From the NCBI GenBank assembly GCA_963718615.1, contig OY970368.1:3552001-3616000 (forward strand): a stretch of DNA of 64,000 nucleotides. Reading direction: 5' to 3'. A program made the translations under genes and the position numbers. Of the stretch, positions 37,034 to 46,148 are shown piece by piece. Positions within the stretch are counted from its first letter, which is position 1. Every line of letters begins with the position of its first letter. The notes below the pieces were generated by a model. The model was not told the origin of the DNA, ran no database searches, and saw nothing but the letters and a program-made list of their open reading frames with translations. Origin of the DNA: an uncultured cyanobacterium (lineage in GTDB: Bacteria > Cyanobacteriota > Cyanobacteriia > PCC-9006 > JAAUQQ01).

Positions 37034-39823
37034 CTAATTTCCCTCCTTGAACACATGCACCACACTCACCACCACCGCTGCTAACCCCGGCCACTTGTAG
37101 CGCCGGGTCGCATTGTAAATTATCCCCCCATTTTGGCAGACAAACCGTAACCCCGTGCTGCGCGTGTCGCCCTGGGCGATCGTATTCGTCGCAATCAATC
37201 CATAGGCTCCACCCACCCGAATAATCTCAAAGGCCCGCCGAAAGAAATAAGCCACCAAATCCGCATTGCCATGGGACTCTGGATAGCCTTCCTTCAAATA
37301 GTCCAAATAGCCTTCCGCGTTGCCATTGATGGTTGTGTTCTTTCCTGCAAACGGCGGATTCCCCACGATCGCATCAAACCCGCCATTCTCCCGAGCAAAC
37401 ACCTCCGGAAACTCCACCTCCCAACTAAACGGAACCACCGGCTTCTCCCGCTCCCGCAACTGCCCCGCGATCGCCACCATCCGCTCCGGCTGCGATCGCA
37501 CCACCTGGCTATACTCCGCCACCAACAATTCCCGATCCTTCTTACTCTTGCCAAAACCATCAAACGTTGCCGCGATCGCCACATCCCCCTGCATCCGCAC
37601 CTGCAACAACTTCGCCTCCGCATCCTGCCACTGCCGATACTTCAAATCCGCATCCCCATCCGACAACGTATCCCCCGACTGAATCTGCGACCTCAACACC
37701 GTCGCCGCCAAAATCTGCTCCTGCCCATACTTCATCAACGGCAAATCCTGAACCGGATCGCGCCCAAAGGCCACAATCTCCTTCCGCGTCAACCCCACCA
37801 ACGAATCGCCACACTTTAGCGAGTGATCCACAAACGTAAACGGCAAATCCCGCGCCAACGTCACCAACCACAGTGACAACTTCGCCAAATTCACCGCAAA
37901 GGGATTCTTATCCACCCCATACAAACAACGCTGCGCCACCAACCGCCGCGCATACAACAACGGTTCCACCGCATCCGGCACATCCCCCGGCATCCCGTGA
38001 TAATCCCAAGCCGCCACCAACCGCTCCGCCAACTGCCGACAAACCTCCACCAAAAAGGCAGCCGACCCCATCGCCAAATCACAAACCTTCAGCTCCAAAA
38101 TCTGCTCCGCCGTCGGCTGCGCCCCCAACCGCTCAAAAATAGGCCGCAACGTCGTCTCCACAATCGGCTGCGTCAACTTACGCGGCGTATAATGCGACCC
38201 CGTCCGCCGCCGCTCCTCCCCCGGCTGCAAATACAACGCCCCCGGCATCAACACCTGCAATGTCCGCTCCGACACCCGCCGCTCCAGCGCCGCCAGAATA
38301 TCCGCAACAGTCTCCGCCTCCTTCAACGCCGTCGCCCCCTTCCCCGACAGCGTCAGCTCCCCCGCCTCCTTCAACCACTTCGCCCGGTCCTTCGGCTTCT
38401 GGGCCAGCAAATCCTCCAGATTAATCACCACATCCTTCGGCTTCACCGCAATGGACTGCGCCTTAGCAATCTCCACCTCATAACCCATAATCGCCTCATA
38501 CACCGAGCCGATCTGCTCCACATCCAACGCCCGATAACTCAGCCGCTCCCCATTCAAAATCAGCAGCTTCTGGAGCATCCGGTAGATGACGCCGTCAGCA
38601 ATGCGAGGAATCTCTCCATTCCCCTCCAAAAACGCATACTCCGCCGGATCAAACAATTGCCCATGCCGCGCAGGCAAATAAGCCTCATAGCTCCCACCCC
38701 CGTCATACACCAGCCGAAACAAACTCAACAGCCAAGCCCAAGCCCCATAGCGATCTTCCATCGTGTCGTGGAAAGCACCATCGTCATCGCGCAGTTTTTC
38801 ATACAACCCCGAAACCGAATAATTCCCCTGATACACCGCATCATCCGGCATCAGCCCCTGGTCCTCCGCATACAGCAAAAACACCAGCCGCATCAGCGTC
38901 GTCAACAGCCCGCCATAGACATGCTGCGGATTGGCCTCGGCTAAAGCCTTCAGTTCACTGACCTGAGCCTCACCCTGCCGATCATCCCGCTTGGCATCCG
39001 CCGCCTGAAAGCCCCGCAACAACTCCCACAGCGCATCCAACACCTGCTCCGCCAACTGCGTCGAAACATTCGCCTGGTAAGCCCGACTCGCCTCTAGCAA
39101 CTTCGGCAACGTCCGCTCCCTCGGCGCATTCCACAGCCGATCCGCCCCCAGCAACATCTCCAGCGCCCCCAAAATCAGCCGCCCCGGCACCTCCGTCATC
39201 GCCTCAATCGGGAACGTAATATGCCCGCTCGACTCCCCACTGGGCGCATAAACCAACCGCAAAGCAACCCCATTCCACAAGATCCCAATGGGAACATTCA
39301 CCCCCTTCAACAGCCGCTCAAACTTCTGCTGCGGACTCGCCTTCCAGCCGCCTGATCCACCCTGGCTCCCCGCATTCGGATCTTCCCCATCCAAATCCCG
39401 CCCCAGGGGCACCACCTTCACCAGCAGCAAATAGCCCTCACTATCCAGGTCCACCACCCCATACTGGGGCCGCAGCACCTCGCCATAATCCGACAGATTC
39501 ACCTCCAGCGAGGCAGGCAAATCCGCCTCCGCCACCACATCTGCCGCCTCCCACTCCAGCACCTGCTCCGCAAAGGGCAGAAACTCCGGCACGTACGTTA
39601 TGGGGCTCTGCTCCTTGCCATCTCGCTGAACCTCTGCCGCCTGAAGCCCAGGCAACAGCTCCTGCTGCACCAACCCCTGCAACACCGGCTGCAACCGCAA
39701 CGCACTGCTCTTATCCACAAAGGCCTGCTTATCCGCCAACGCCGGAGGCGACACCACAAGACCCTCCGGCTGCAACAGCCCCAGCCATTCGCGATGTAGA
39801 TATTGCTCGTTGTCGTAGGCCAT
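37034..39823 (-). CDS. drmMI: DISARM adenine methyltransferase DrmMI, N-terminal/catalytic part lacking the TRD
   Basis: RLVFLLYAED, LDVEQIGSVYE, RRRTGSHYTP, DLAMGSAAF (SAM motif), LYGVDKN, GNPPF (motif IV); ends at VVHVFKEGN*. Confidence 0.88.
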   Translation of the reverse strand: MAYDNEQYLHREWLGLLQPEGLVVSPPALADKQAFVDKSSALRLQPVLQGLVQQELLPGLQAAEVQRDGKEQSPITYVPEFLPFAEQVLEWEAADVVAEADLPASLEVNLSDYGEVLRPQYGVVDLDSEGYLLLVKVVPLGRDLDGEDPNAGSQGGSGGWKASPQQKFERLLKGVNVPIGILWNGVALRLVYAPSGESSGHITFPIEAMTEVPGRLILGALEMLLGADRLWNAPRERTLPKLLEASRAYQANVSTQLAEQVLDALWELLRGFQAADAKRDDRQGEAQVSELKALAEANPQHVYGGLLTTLMRLVFLLYAEDQGLMPDDAVYQGNYSVSGLYEKLRDDDGAFHDTMEDRYGAWAWLLSLFRLVYDGGGSYEAYLPARHGQLFDPAEYAFLEGNGEIPRIADGVIYRMLQKLLILNGERLSYRALDVEQIGSVYEAIMGYEVEIAKAQSIAVKPKDVVINLEDLLAQKPKDRAKWLKEAGELTLSGKGATALKEAETVADILAALERRVSERTLQVLMPGALYLQPGEERRRTGSHYTPRKLTQPIVETTLRPIFERLGAQPTAEQILELKVCDLAMGSAAFLVEVCRQLAERLVAAWDYHGMPGDVPDAVEPLLYARRLVAQRCLYGVDKNPFAVNLAKLSLWLVTLARDLPFTFVDHSLKCGDSLVGLTRKEIVAFGRDPVQDLPLMKYGQEQILAATVLRSQIQSGDTLSDGDADLKYRQWQDAEAKLLQVRMQGDVAIAATFDGFGKSKKDRELLVAEYSQVVRSQPERMVAIAGQLREREKPVVPFSWEVEFPEVFARENGGFDAIVGNPPFAGKNTTINGNAEGYLDYLKEGYPESHGNADLVAYFFRRAFEIIRVGGAYGLIATNTIAQGDTRSTGLRFVCQNGGIIYNATRRYKWPGLAAVVVSVVHVFKEGN
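37055..37844. repeat. Direct repeat M, copy 2
   Basis: Matches 31845-32634. Confidence 0.95.
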
Positions 39824-39879
39824 GGTGATGATTCGGGGAACTTGTCAGGGAAACTCGGTCAGCATTCAGCAGAATTCGC

Positions 39880-40470
39880 TCAGCTCGGTTCGTTTGAGGC
39901 TGAGTCAAACACAATGTCTTCGTAAATGGCTTCGATGGGAAACGTTAAATCAACCGACTGAAGCTCAACCGAATCACCAGCTTGATAGTTGAGAATTTGC
40001 CAAGCATCCTGAGCCGTTCTGCGAAAGATTTCGATTGAGATCGCTTCTGAATTCACCAAAACGTACTCTTGCAGATTCGGATTTTGTCGATACATTCTGA
40101 ACTTATCGCCTCGGTCATAGGCCTCCGTCGAAGGCGAGAGCACTTCAATCACTAGGCAGGGATAGGTAATGAACTGCTTCGTTGTTTTATCACGCGGATC
40201 ACAGGTGACGCTGAGGTCAGGGTAAACATAGTCAGTTGAATTCAAAATGCTGACCCTAGCATCGGAATTGAGAACCTTGCAGCCGCTGCCTCGCATGTGG
40301 GCTTTTAGCACAGCGCCGAAGTTGATCGAGATTTCACTGTGATTAATCGTTCCGCCGCTCATGGCATAGACTTCACCGTTGAGATATTCATGGCGATGGA
40401 GCTGCTGTTCCTCCCAAGCGAAATATTCCTCGGGCGTTAATTTGGGAAACTTTTCTTTTGCGACAACCAT
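39880..40470 (-). CDS. Uma2 family (DUF820) putative endonuclease
   Basis: T.EEY..WE...RHEY.NG.VYAMSGGT..H, YPD..VTCD, IEVLSPSTEAYDRG.KF..YR. ATG 40470 is preferred over the ORF-track start. Confidence 0.92.
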   Translation of the reverse strand: MVVAKEKFPKLTPEEYFAWEEQQLHRHEYLNGEVYAMSGGTINHSEISINFGAVLKAHMRGSGCKVLNSDARVSILNSTDYVYPDLSVTCDPRDKTTKQFITYPCLVIEVLSPSTEAYDRGDKFRMYRQNPNLQEYVLVNSEAISIEIFRRTAQDAWQILNYQAGDSVELQSVDLTFPIEAIYEDIVFDSASNEPS

Positions 40471-40570
40471 GATTAATCCCCTGTTCGTTGAATCAACTCG
40501 TTGAAACTCAACTGACACCTCAAAATTCTATCGGTGTAGCTCCTGAATCGGTTTGGCACTGATTCAGCTC

Positions 40571-43500
40571 CTAACTCGTCACCGGCCAGAGATAGACCAG
40601 TCCCACCGGCTCCACCCGCGTTGCTTTGACCTGGTAAGCCTTGCGAATCCGCTCCGGCTCCGTCTCAATTTCTTGCGCCAACATTTCCAAGCGCTTCTCC
40701 CAGTGCCGTCGGTCCGAGGCGAGCTGACGCTTCTCCGATTCCGCAAAGGCCAAAGTCATCTGTTGAGAATCCTGGTCCGTCTTCTGCTGCTGGCGACGAA
40801 TGCGATCGCGCTGCTCCTCCAGCAACTGCTTCATCTCCTTGGCTTCGCGATCGCCCCGCTCCGCCAGCTTCTTCTCGGCCTCCGCCGTCAGCGTCTTAAC
40901 CATGTCATCCAGATGAGAGGCCAAATCCTTCACATCCTGGGGGGCCGACTGTTGCAGCCGCTGCCGAACAGTCTCCGGCACATCCCGCAAACGAGGATTG
41001 GCTAAGGACTCTTCCAGGATTTGAAGGACTTCTCGCGTGGTGCGATCGCCCAAGACCTGCAAGCCCTCCCGCGCCTCCGGCGACCTCCACCGCGCCACCA
41101 CCGACACCACCTCATCATGGAGCCGCGCTGCCCCATCGCCATAGAGCGACAGCCGCCCCAGCATAATCACCCGAGGAATCGCCGTATCGGTCAAGCAAAC
41201 ACAGGCCCGCGTCAAATCATCATGGACAAAGCCCTGGGACAGGAAGCGCCCCAGCAGCCGCTGCACCAGCCGCTGCTCCAGATGCAAATGCACCGCCTCC
41301 CCATCCAGCGTGCCGGAATCGCGAAAAATCACCGGACGAATGGAAGCTTCTTTACGCCATTCCCACAGCTTCTGCCCCCGCTGACGCGGAGCCCGCAGCG
41401 TATCCAGGGTCGCCGCCCAGGTGGGGTCATTGCCCAGGCGCTCATCCAAGGCCGGAATCTCCCAACGAGCCAGGTCTGGATTGTCCAATGCCTCCTGGCT
41501 CGACATCGGTGCCAATGGTTGAGCACCTAGCACTTCCAGCGAGGCTGAGAGGGCATCGCGAAAAAAGCTGTCCTTGAACCCCAGCCATTTGTGGGAGCTG
41601 TCGAGGATGTTTTGCAGTTGCTTCTCTTGCTCTAGAAGGGCCTGGTGGCGATCGCGCATGACATCCAGTTCTTCACTGATCACCTGTCCCTTATCCAGCG
41701 AATCCCCATCCGCCTGATCCGCCTGGCGCAGCGCATCTGACAGCCTCGCCTCATCCTCCGCCCGAATGCCGTTTTTCAACAGCTTCGAAACAGTCTTCTC
41801 CACCACAGGCGACAGACTGCCTAGCTCCTCATGGATGGTCTTGGTTTTCTCCACCAGCACATCCAGCACCCGGTCCTCCGCCCGCTGGGGATAGACAAAA
41901 TAATGGCAGTGAACCACCTTGGCCTTCTGCAACTTCCGGTCAATGCGGCCATTGCGCTGCTCCATCCGGCTGGGGTTCCAGGGCACATCGAAGTGGAACA
42001 ACTCCGAGCAATAGTTCTGAAGGTTCACCCCCTCCCGCGCCGCATCCGTGGCAATCAAAATCCGCAGGGGATGCTTGGCCGGGTCCGCATTAAAGGCCGC
42101 TTTGATCTGCTCCCGCCGTTCATCCCCCATACCGCCATGGAAGGTGCCAATGCGATTATCCGCATCATCGGAGCCTTGGATTAACGCCTCCAGTTGCTGC
42201 TGCAAATAGCGCTTGCTGTCGGTGTACTCCGTGAAAAATAAGACCCGCTGGTGATTCCACTGGGCTCCCGTCTCACCCAGGTTAGGGCAAAGATTCGCCT
42301 TCAACCAAGCCTTGAGATAGGCAATGCGGCCATCGGCTTGGTGTCGTGCTGCGATCGCAATCTGGGTCATCTCCTCCAGCAGTTCCAGCTCTCGTTCGGT
42401 CACACCGCCGCCGCTAAACTGAGTCGCCGCTGACATCTGGGCATCTTCTTCCTGTTCGATATCGGCTTCATCGAGATCCGCGCGATCGTCATCGTTCCCC
42501 GCCGCCTCCGCCAATAGCGAGAGCCTTCCCTGGACCAACCCAGGAGCGGCCATGGCCTGAGCCGGTCGCTCTACCGCCTGGCGCTTCATTGCCTGGCGAT
42601 GTACCCGCAGCGTCCGCGAAAACGCTTCAATCGACGACAGCAGTCGTTTCTGCAACGACAACATCACTAGCATCGCCGCTGCCCGAGAAGACGTTGTGGC
42701 ATCCTTGAGCCTGGCTTCTCGACAATTGCGATACTCCTGCAACAGCCGCGATAACACTAGCTCCGGCGCATCCTCAGGCAGGTTATCAATCCGCACCGCA
42801 ATCACCTCCCGCTTCGGGAAGTCCGCATTCTTAATTTCCCGCAAATCCTGCTTCAGCCGCCGCACCATCACCCCATCCAGCAGCGCCTTACTGCGCACCG
42901 GCACCCCTCGACAAAACCGCTGGGGGTCCAAAATCTCCAGCAGCGCTGCAAAGCTATTGGAATGGCCATTGTGGGGCGTCGCCGATAGAAACAGCCGATG
43001 CTCAAACATCGGAGCCAGCTCCCGCACCGTCCGCGTTAGCTGGGAATCCACCGCATATTTAGAACTGCTGGCCGGAGCCGCATTGTGGGCCTCATCCAAA
43101 ATCAGCATCGACCCCGCCGAAAGCTGCTGCCCCCCCTCGGTCAGCCAATCCCGCAGGGGTGCCGCATAGCTCTCATTGCGCAGCAGCGCATGGGAAATGA
43201 TGAAACGGTTATGGGTCTTCCAGGGATTGATACCATAGCCCCGCTCCCGCCGCCGCGCCGCCACAAAGGCCCGGTCATAAATCGTGAACGTCAAGCCAAA
43301 GCGGCTCTCCATTTCATCCTTCCACTGCTGCACCACAGACGGCGGACAGAAAATCACCACCCGCTTAATCTTTTGCCGCAGCAGCATCTCCCGCAGAATC
43401 AACCCCGCCTCAATCGTCTTGCCCAGGCCCACATCATCGGCAATGAACAGATTCACCCTGGGCATCCGCAGCGCCTTGCGCAGGGGCTCCAACTGGTAAG

Positions 43501-43888
43501 CCTTAACCTCAATCCCAGCCCGGTAGGGTGCTTGAAACAGGCGAGCATCGGTCGAGGTCACACAGTTCCAGCGCAGCGTGTGGAAATAGGCCGAGAAATA
43601 GCGGGGGTCATCAAACCCACGGCTCACCACCGAATCCCAAGTCGCAGCACTCAGCAACTGCGCATCAATCTCCCGCTCCCAAAACACCTCCAGCTTCTCG
43701 CCCTGGGCATCGTCTTCGACGCAGGCCAGGCTGACGAGGGTATCCCCCTCAGCATCCGCCGGGGGCGATACATTCTCCACGAGATATTGACGCGATCGCA
43801 CCCGCACCAGTCGTCCTGGCTTGAGTCCATCCGAATCTGCCCCTGCTGTCGCTGCTGTCCCAATTGCCCCGGTCATAGAGATCGCCAT
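40571..43888 (-). CDS. drmD: DISARM SNF2-like helicase DrmD
   Basis: PG.LVRVRSR, YQLEPL, IADDVGLGKT, DEAH, SATPHNG, TDAAREGVNLQ, PWNPSRMEQRNGRIDR. Confidence 0.92.
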   Translation of the reverse strand: MAISMTGAIGTAATAGADSDGLKPGRLVRVRSRQYLVENVSPPADAEGDTLVSLACVEDDAQGEKLEVFWEREIDAQLLSAATWDSVVSRGFDDPRYFSAYFHTLRWNCVTSTDARLFQAPYRAGIEVKAYQLEPLRKALRMPRVNLFIADDVGLGKTIEAGLILREMLLRQKIKRVVIFCPPSVVQQWKDEMESRFGLTFTIYDRAFVAARRRERGYGINPWKTHNRFIISHALLRNESYAAPLRDWLTEGGQQLSAGSMLILDEAHNAAPASSSKYAVDSQLTRTVRELAPMFEHRLFLSATPHNGHSNSFAALLEILDPQRFCRGVPVRSKALLDGVMVRRLKQDLREIKNADFPKREVIAVRIDNLPEDAPELVLSRLLQEYRNCREARLKDATTSSRAAAMLVMLSLQKRLLSSIEAFSRTLRVHRQAMKRQAVERPAQAMAAPGLVQGRLSLLAEAAGNDDDRADLDEADIEQEEDAQMSAATQFSGGGVTERELELLEEMTQIAIAARHQADGRIAYLKAWLKANLCPNLGETGAQWNHQRVLFFTEYTDSKRYLQQQLEALIQGSDDADNRIGTFHGGMGDERREQIKAAFNADPAKHPLRILIATDAAREGVNLQNYCSELFHFDVPWNPSRMEQRNGRIDRKLQKAKVVHCHYFVYPQRAEDRVLDVLVEKTKTIHEELGSLSPVVEKTVSKLLKNGIRAEDEARLSDALRQADQADGDSLDKGQVISEELDVMRDRHQALLEQEKQLQNILDSSHKWLGFKDSFFRDALSASLEVLGAQPLAPMSSQEALDNPDLARWEIPALDERLGNDPTWAATLDTLRAPRQRGQKLWEWRKEASIRPVIFRDSGTLDGEAVHLHLEQRLVQRLLGRFLSQGFVHDDLTRACVCLTDTAIPRVIMLGRLSLYGDGAARLHDEVVSVVARWRSPEAREGLQVLGDRTTREVLQILEESLANPRLRDVPETVRQRLQQSAPQDVKDLASHLDDMVKTLTAEAEKKLAERGDREAKEMKQLLEEQRDRIRRQQQKTDQDSQQMTLAFAESEKRQLASDRRHWEKRLEMLAQEIETEPERIRKAYQVKATRVEPVGLVYLWPVTS

Positions 43889-43892
43889 AGTC

Positions 43893-45989
43893 CTAATCCT
43901 CCTCTGCTGCTGCTTCCAGGGCTTCCAACTCCGGATCCGTCAAAATATCCTCTAAAAATCGACTGGGATAGCCCGTCCAAGTCAGCAGGGCCTCATCCCG
44001 CGCCCGCGTCAGCCCCACATAGAGCAATTGCCGTTCCCGCTCCAGAATGTCCGTCCGCAATTGCTGGTCCTGAACGTTTTGCAACACCGACCGCAGCGGC
44101 AACTGCTCATCAGAGACATTGACCACAAACACCGCCTTAAACTCTAGCCCCTTGGCCCGGTGTAGCGTCCCTACCCGAACCCCCTCACCCTCGGCTCCGG
44201 TTTTACTCAGCAGTTGACTCTTCACCCTATTGCGCGTCAGGGCAGCCTGGAGCGGTTCCAATTCACCATTGGTCCGGCTAAAGACAGCTATCTCATTCAG
44301 GCTCAGGCCCTCCTTCTTCATCCGCTTAATTTCGCCACTGACATATTTCCACTGCTGGGCAGGCGTCTTGGCTTGATGCAGGGTGGGGTAGGGGCCTTTC
44401 AGCAAGCTCTTGGTGCCCTTGCGCTTCTCGCTGCCGCCATCCATGTCATCCCCTGTGTCACCTAAAAGACGGTCGGCAAAGCGGCGGATTTCTTCGGTGG
44501 TGCGGTAGTTGATCCGCAGGATGTGGGAGCGCCCCTGCACGTTCACCCCCAATCCCTTGAGGCTAAAGCGACCGCCATAGATACGCTGGCCGCCATCCCC
44601 CACCAGGGTTAGGGCATTGGGAGCTGGACCGGCGATCGCCCCCAATAGCTGGATCTCCTGGGGCCGCAAATCTTGCAGCTCATCCACCACCACCGCATCA
44701 AACGGGCTCTCTACAATGCCGGACTCCAGAAACTCCCTGGCCTGGCGACAGATTCCCGACCAATCCGCCTGCCCCTGGGCCTGAAGTGTTTTGAGAATTC
44801 GCTCGAAGATTGGCCAGACTTGCTCCCTGCCCGTCGTGGACAGGGGAAACCCTCTCCCAGTTCGACTCGCACTTTTGTATTGCTCCCAGGTCGTAATGCC
44901 CTGGTCTTGAATGATCGTGTCCCACTCCGTCAGCAGCATCGTCGGGTCTAGGGGGCAGCTGGGGAAATGGGCTTGTTCAAAAAGGGCTTGGAGCGCAGAG
45001 CGCTCAACAGCCTGTAGCTTTTGCCCCCGCCCTGTCGCCAGACTGAGTGCCTGCTTATAGACCGTACTGACTGTGATCAGTTTCTTTTCTCCAGCCGTGC
45101 AAAGTAGATCCAGACTGCGATCTAGGTTTTCGCAGAGCGTCTTAACATAGCTCGTCAGCAAGACCCGCTTGCCCTGTCGCGCCAAATGCCGGGCTCGATG
45201 GAGCGCAACCACGGTTTTTCCCGTGCCAGCCCCTCCTGTAATCTTCAACGGTCCCGAAAAATCACCGGTTGCCAGCTGCTGCTGAGAGGGATGTAAGAAA
45301 GCAATCCAGGTCTCCAGCGGTGCCTCCAGCATCCGCATCAAGTCGGCATTGTCATCTAGGACAAAGAAGCGGCGTTGGGTGTCTTGGCTCTCCGTTAAAG
45401 GCTGATCCGGCAAGAGGGGGATCGGGGGCGTGACGAGTTCGCCAGCCGCGAGATTAAGGAGGCGATCGCCCACATCCTCTGGCAAATCGAACACCACATC
45501 CAGTAGCACCGCTTCGGTCTTGATCTTACGTATCGTCGGCAACCAGGTTTCTGGCAACCCCAAGCTCACCAGATAGTCGTCTTTATGTTCATCAAAGAGA
45601 CCGGGAATCTTCGAGCTCCCGCTTCCCCAGTCCTGCACCTGCTGCTCCACAACCTCGGGTGAGGCCACAATTTGCAGGGCTCCAGTTTTGGAATGTCGAG
45701 CAATCTGCTTGGTCGTCGCCCAGTGGTAAGCCGCATCATGGTGGTCCGCATGGAGGACCGTCCAAGTCTCACCATCCTTGTAGACGATCGCCCTTAGCTC
45801 CTGGGAAATCCGGGCTGACCAAAGGTTTGGGTTCTTCGTTTTAGTCACCCGCTCCAAGCTCAAGCTCGGATGGGACGGGTTCTCCAAAAACTTGCTCAGA
45901 AACGACCAGACTTGCTTAGCCTCATTCGCTGCCAGCTTGGTCACGACCTTTGGCAGTGATTGATCAATCAGTACGGGCATAACCGGCAA
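43893..45989 (-). CDS. UvrD-like SF1 helicase with N-terminal RelE/ParE-like domain
   Basis: GGAGTGKT, VDELQD, GDGGQRIY, NYRTT, T.HRAKGLEF, LYVGLTRAR. N-terminus NP.HPSL..E...WSARI...LR.I...HHD.AY.WA is RelE-like. Confidence 0.85.
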   Translation of the reverse strand: MPVMPVLIDQSLPKVVTKLAANEAKQVWSFLSKFLENPSHPSLSLERVTKTKNPNLWSARISQELRAIVYKDGETWTVLHADHHDAAYHWATTKQIARHSKTGALQIVASPEVVEQQVQDWGSGSSKIPGLFDEHKDDYLVSLGLPETWLPTIRKIKTEAVLLDVVFDLPEDVGDRLLNLAAGELVTPPIPLLPDQPLTESQDTQRRFFVLDDNADLMRMLEAPLETWIAFLHPSQQQLATGDFSGPLKITGGAGTGKTVVALHRARHLARQGKRVLLTSYVKTLCENLDRSLDLLCTAGEKKLITVSTVYKQALSLATGRGQKLQAVERSALQALFEQAHFPSCPLDPTMLLTEWDTIIQDQGITTWEQYKSASRTGRGFPLSTTGREQVWPIFERILKTLQAQGQADWSGICRQAREFLESGIVESPFDAVVVDELQDLRPQEIQLLGAIAGPAPNALTLVGDGGQRIYGGRFSLKGLGVNVQGRSHILRINYRTTEEIRRFADRLLGDTGDDMDGGSEKRKGTKSLLKGPYPTLHQAKTPAQQWKYVSGEIKRMKKEGLSLNEIAVFSRTNGELEPLQAALTRNRVKSQLLSKTGAEGEGVRVGTLHRAKGLEFKAVFVVNVSDEQLPLRSVLQNVQDQQLRTDILERERQLLYVGLTRARDEALLTWTGYPSRFLEDILTDPELEALEAAAEED

Positions 45990-46013
45990 TATCTAAAAGA
46001 TGGAGAATGACCA

Positions 46014-46030
46014 GATATCAAACTGATATC
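46014..46030. promoter_or_regulatory. Perfect inverted repeat GATATCA-AAC-TGATATC upstream of the defence operon (candidate operator)
   Basis: Read directly, ~25-50 bp upstream of the helicase start. Confidence 0.4.
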
Positions 46031-46038
46031 CGAGGATT

Positions 46039-46080
46039 TTCCCAGTGTGAAATTCCCAGTGTGAAATTCCCAGTGTGAAA
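46039..46080. repeat. 3 x 14-bp tandem repeat TTCCCAGTGTGAAA
   Basis: Three perfect copies in the leader of the defence operon. Confidence 0.9.
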
Positions 46081-46148
46081 ATTGTATTCCAAGATTTTCC
46101 GTATCTTTACTCAGCTTAGTGGATTCACATCGCGAACGCCCCCCGAGT

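Noticed and set aside
37029-37094. ORF-track N-terminal extension of the DUF433 gene
   Set aside because: Overlaps the MTase end; the RBS and paralog alignment support ATG 37028.
29549-37844. Invertible shufflon or diversity-generating retroelement
   Set aside because: Repeats are direct, not inverted. No invertase or reverse transcriptase is present, and differences are not adenine-specific.
29542-38944. Long alternative-frame and antisense ORFs (e.g. 29567-30259, 34947-35639, 34976-35563, 32061-32639, 37271-37819, 37997-38944)
   Set aside because: Shadows of strongly skewed codon usage in real genes; low complexity, and duplicated only because the underlying repeats are.
43085-44122. 345-aa plus-strand ORF
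   Set aside because: Antisense to drmD and the UvrD gene; no motifs.
23118-45989. Integrative element or prophage carrying the island
   Set aside because: No integrase, transposase, tRNA or flanking att repeats seen by eye.
46039-46080. Tandem repeat as a CRISPR array
   Set aside because: No spacers, 14-bp unit, no cas genes.
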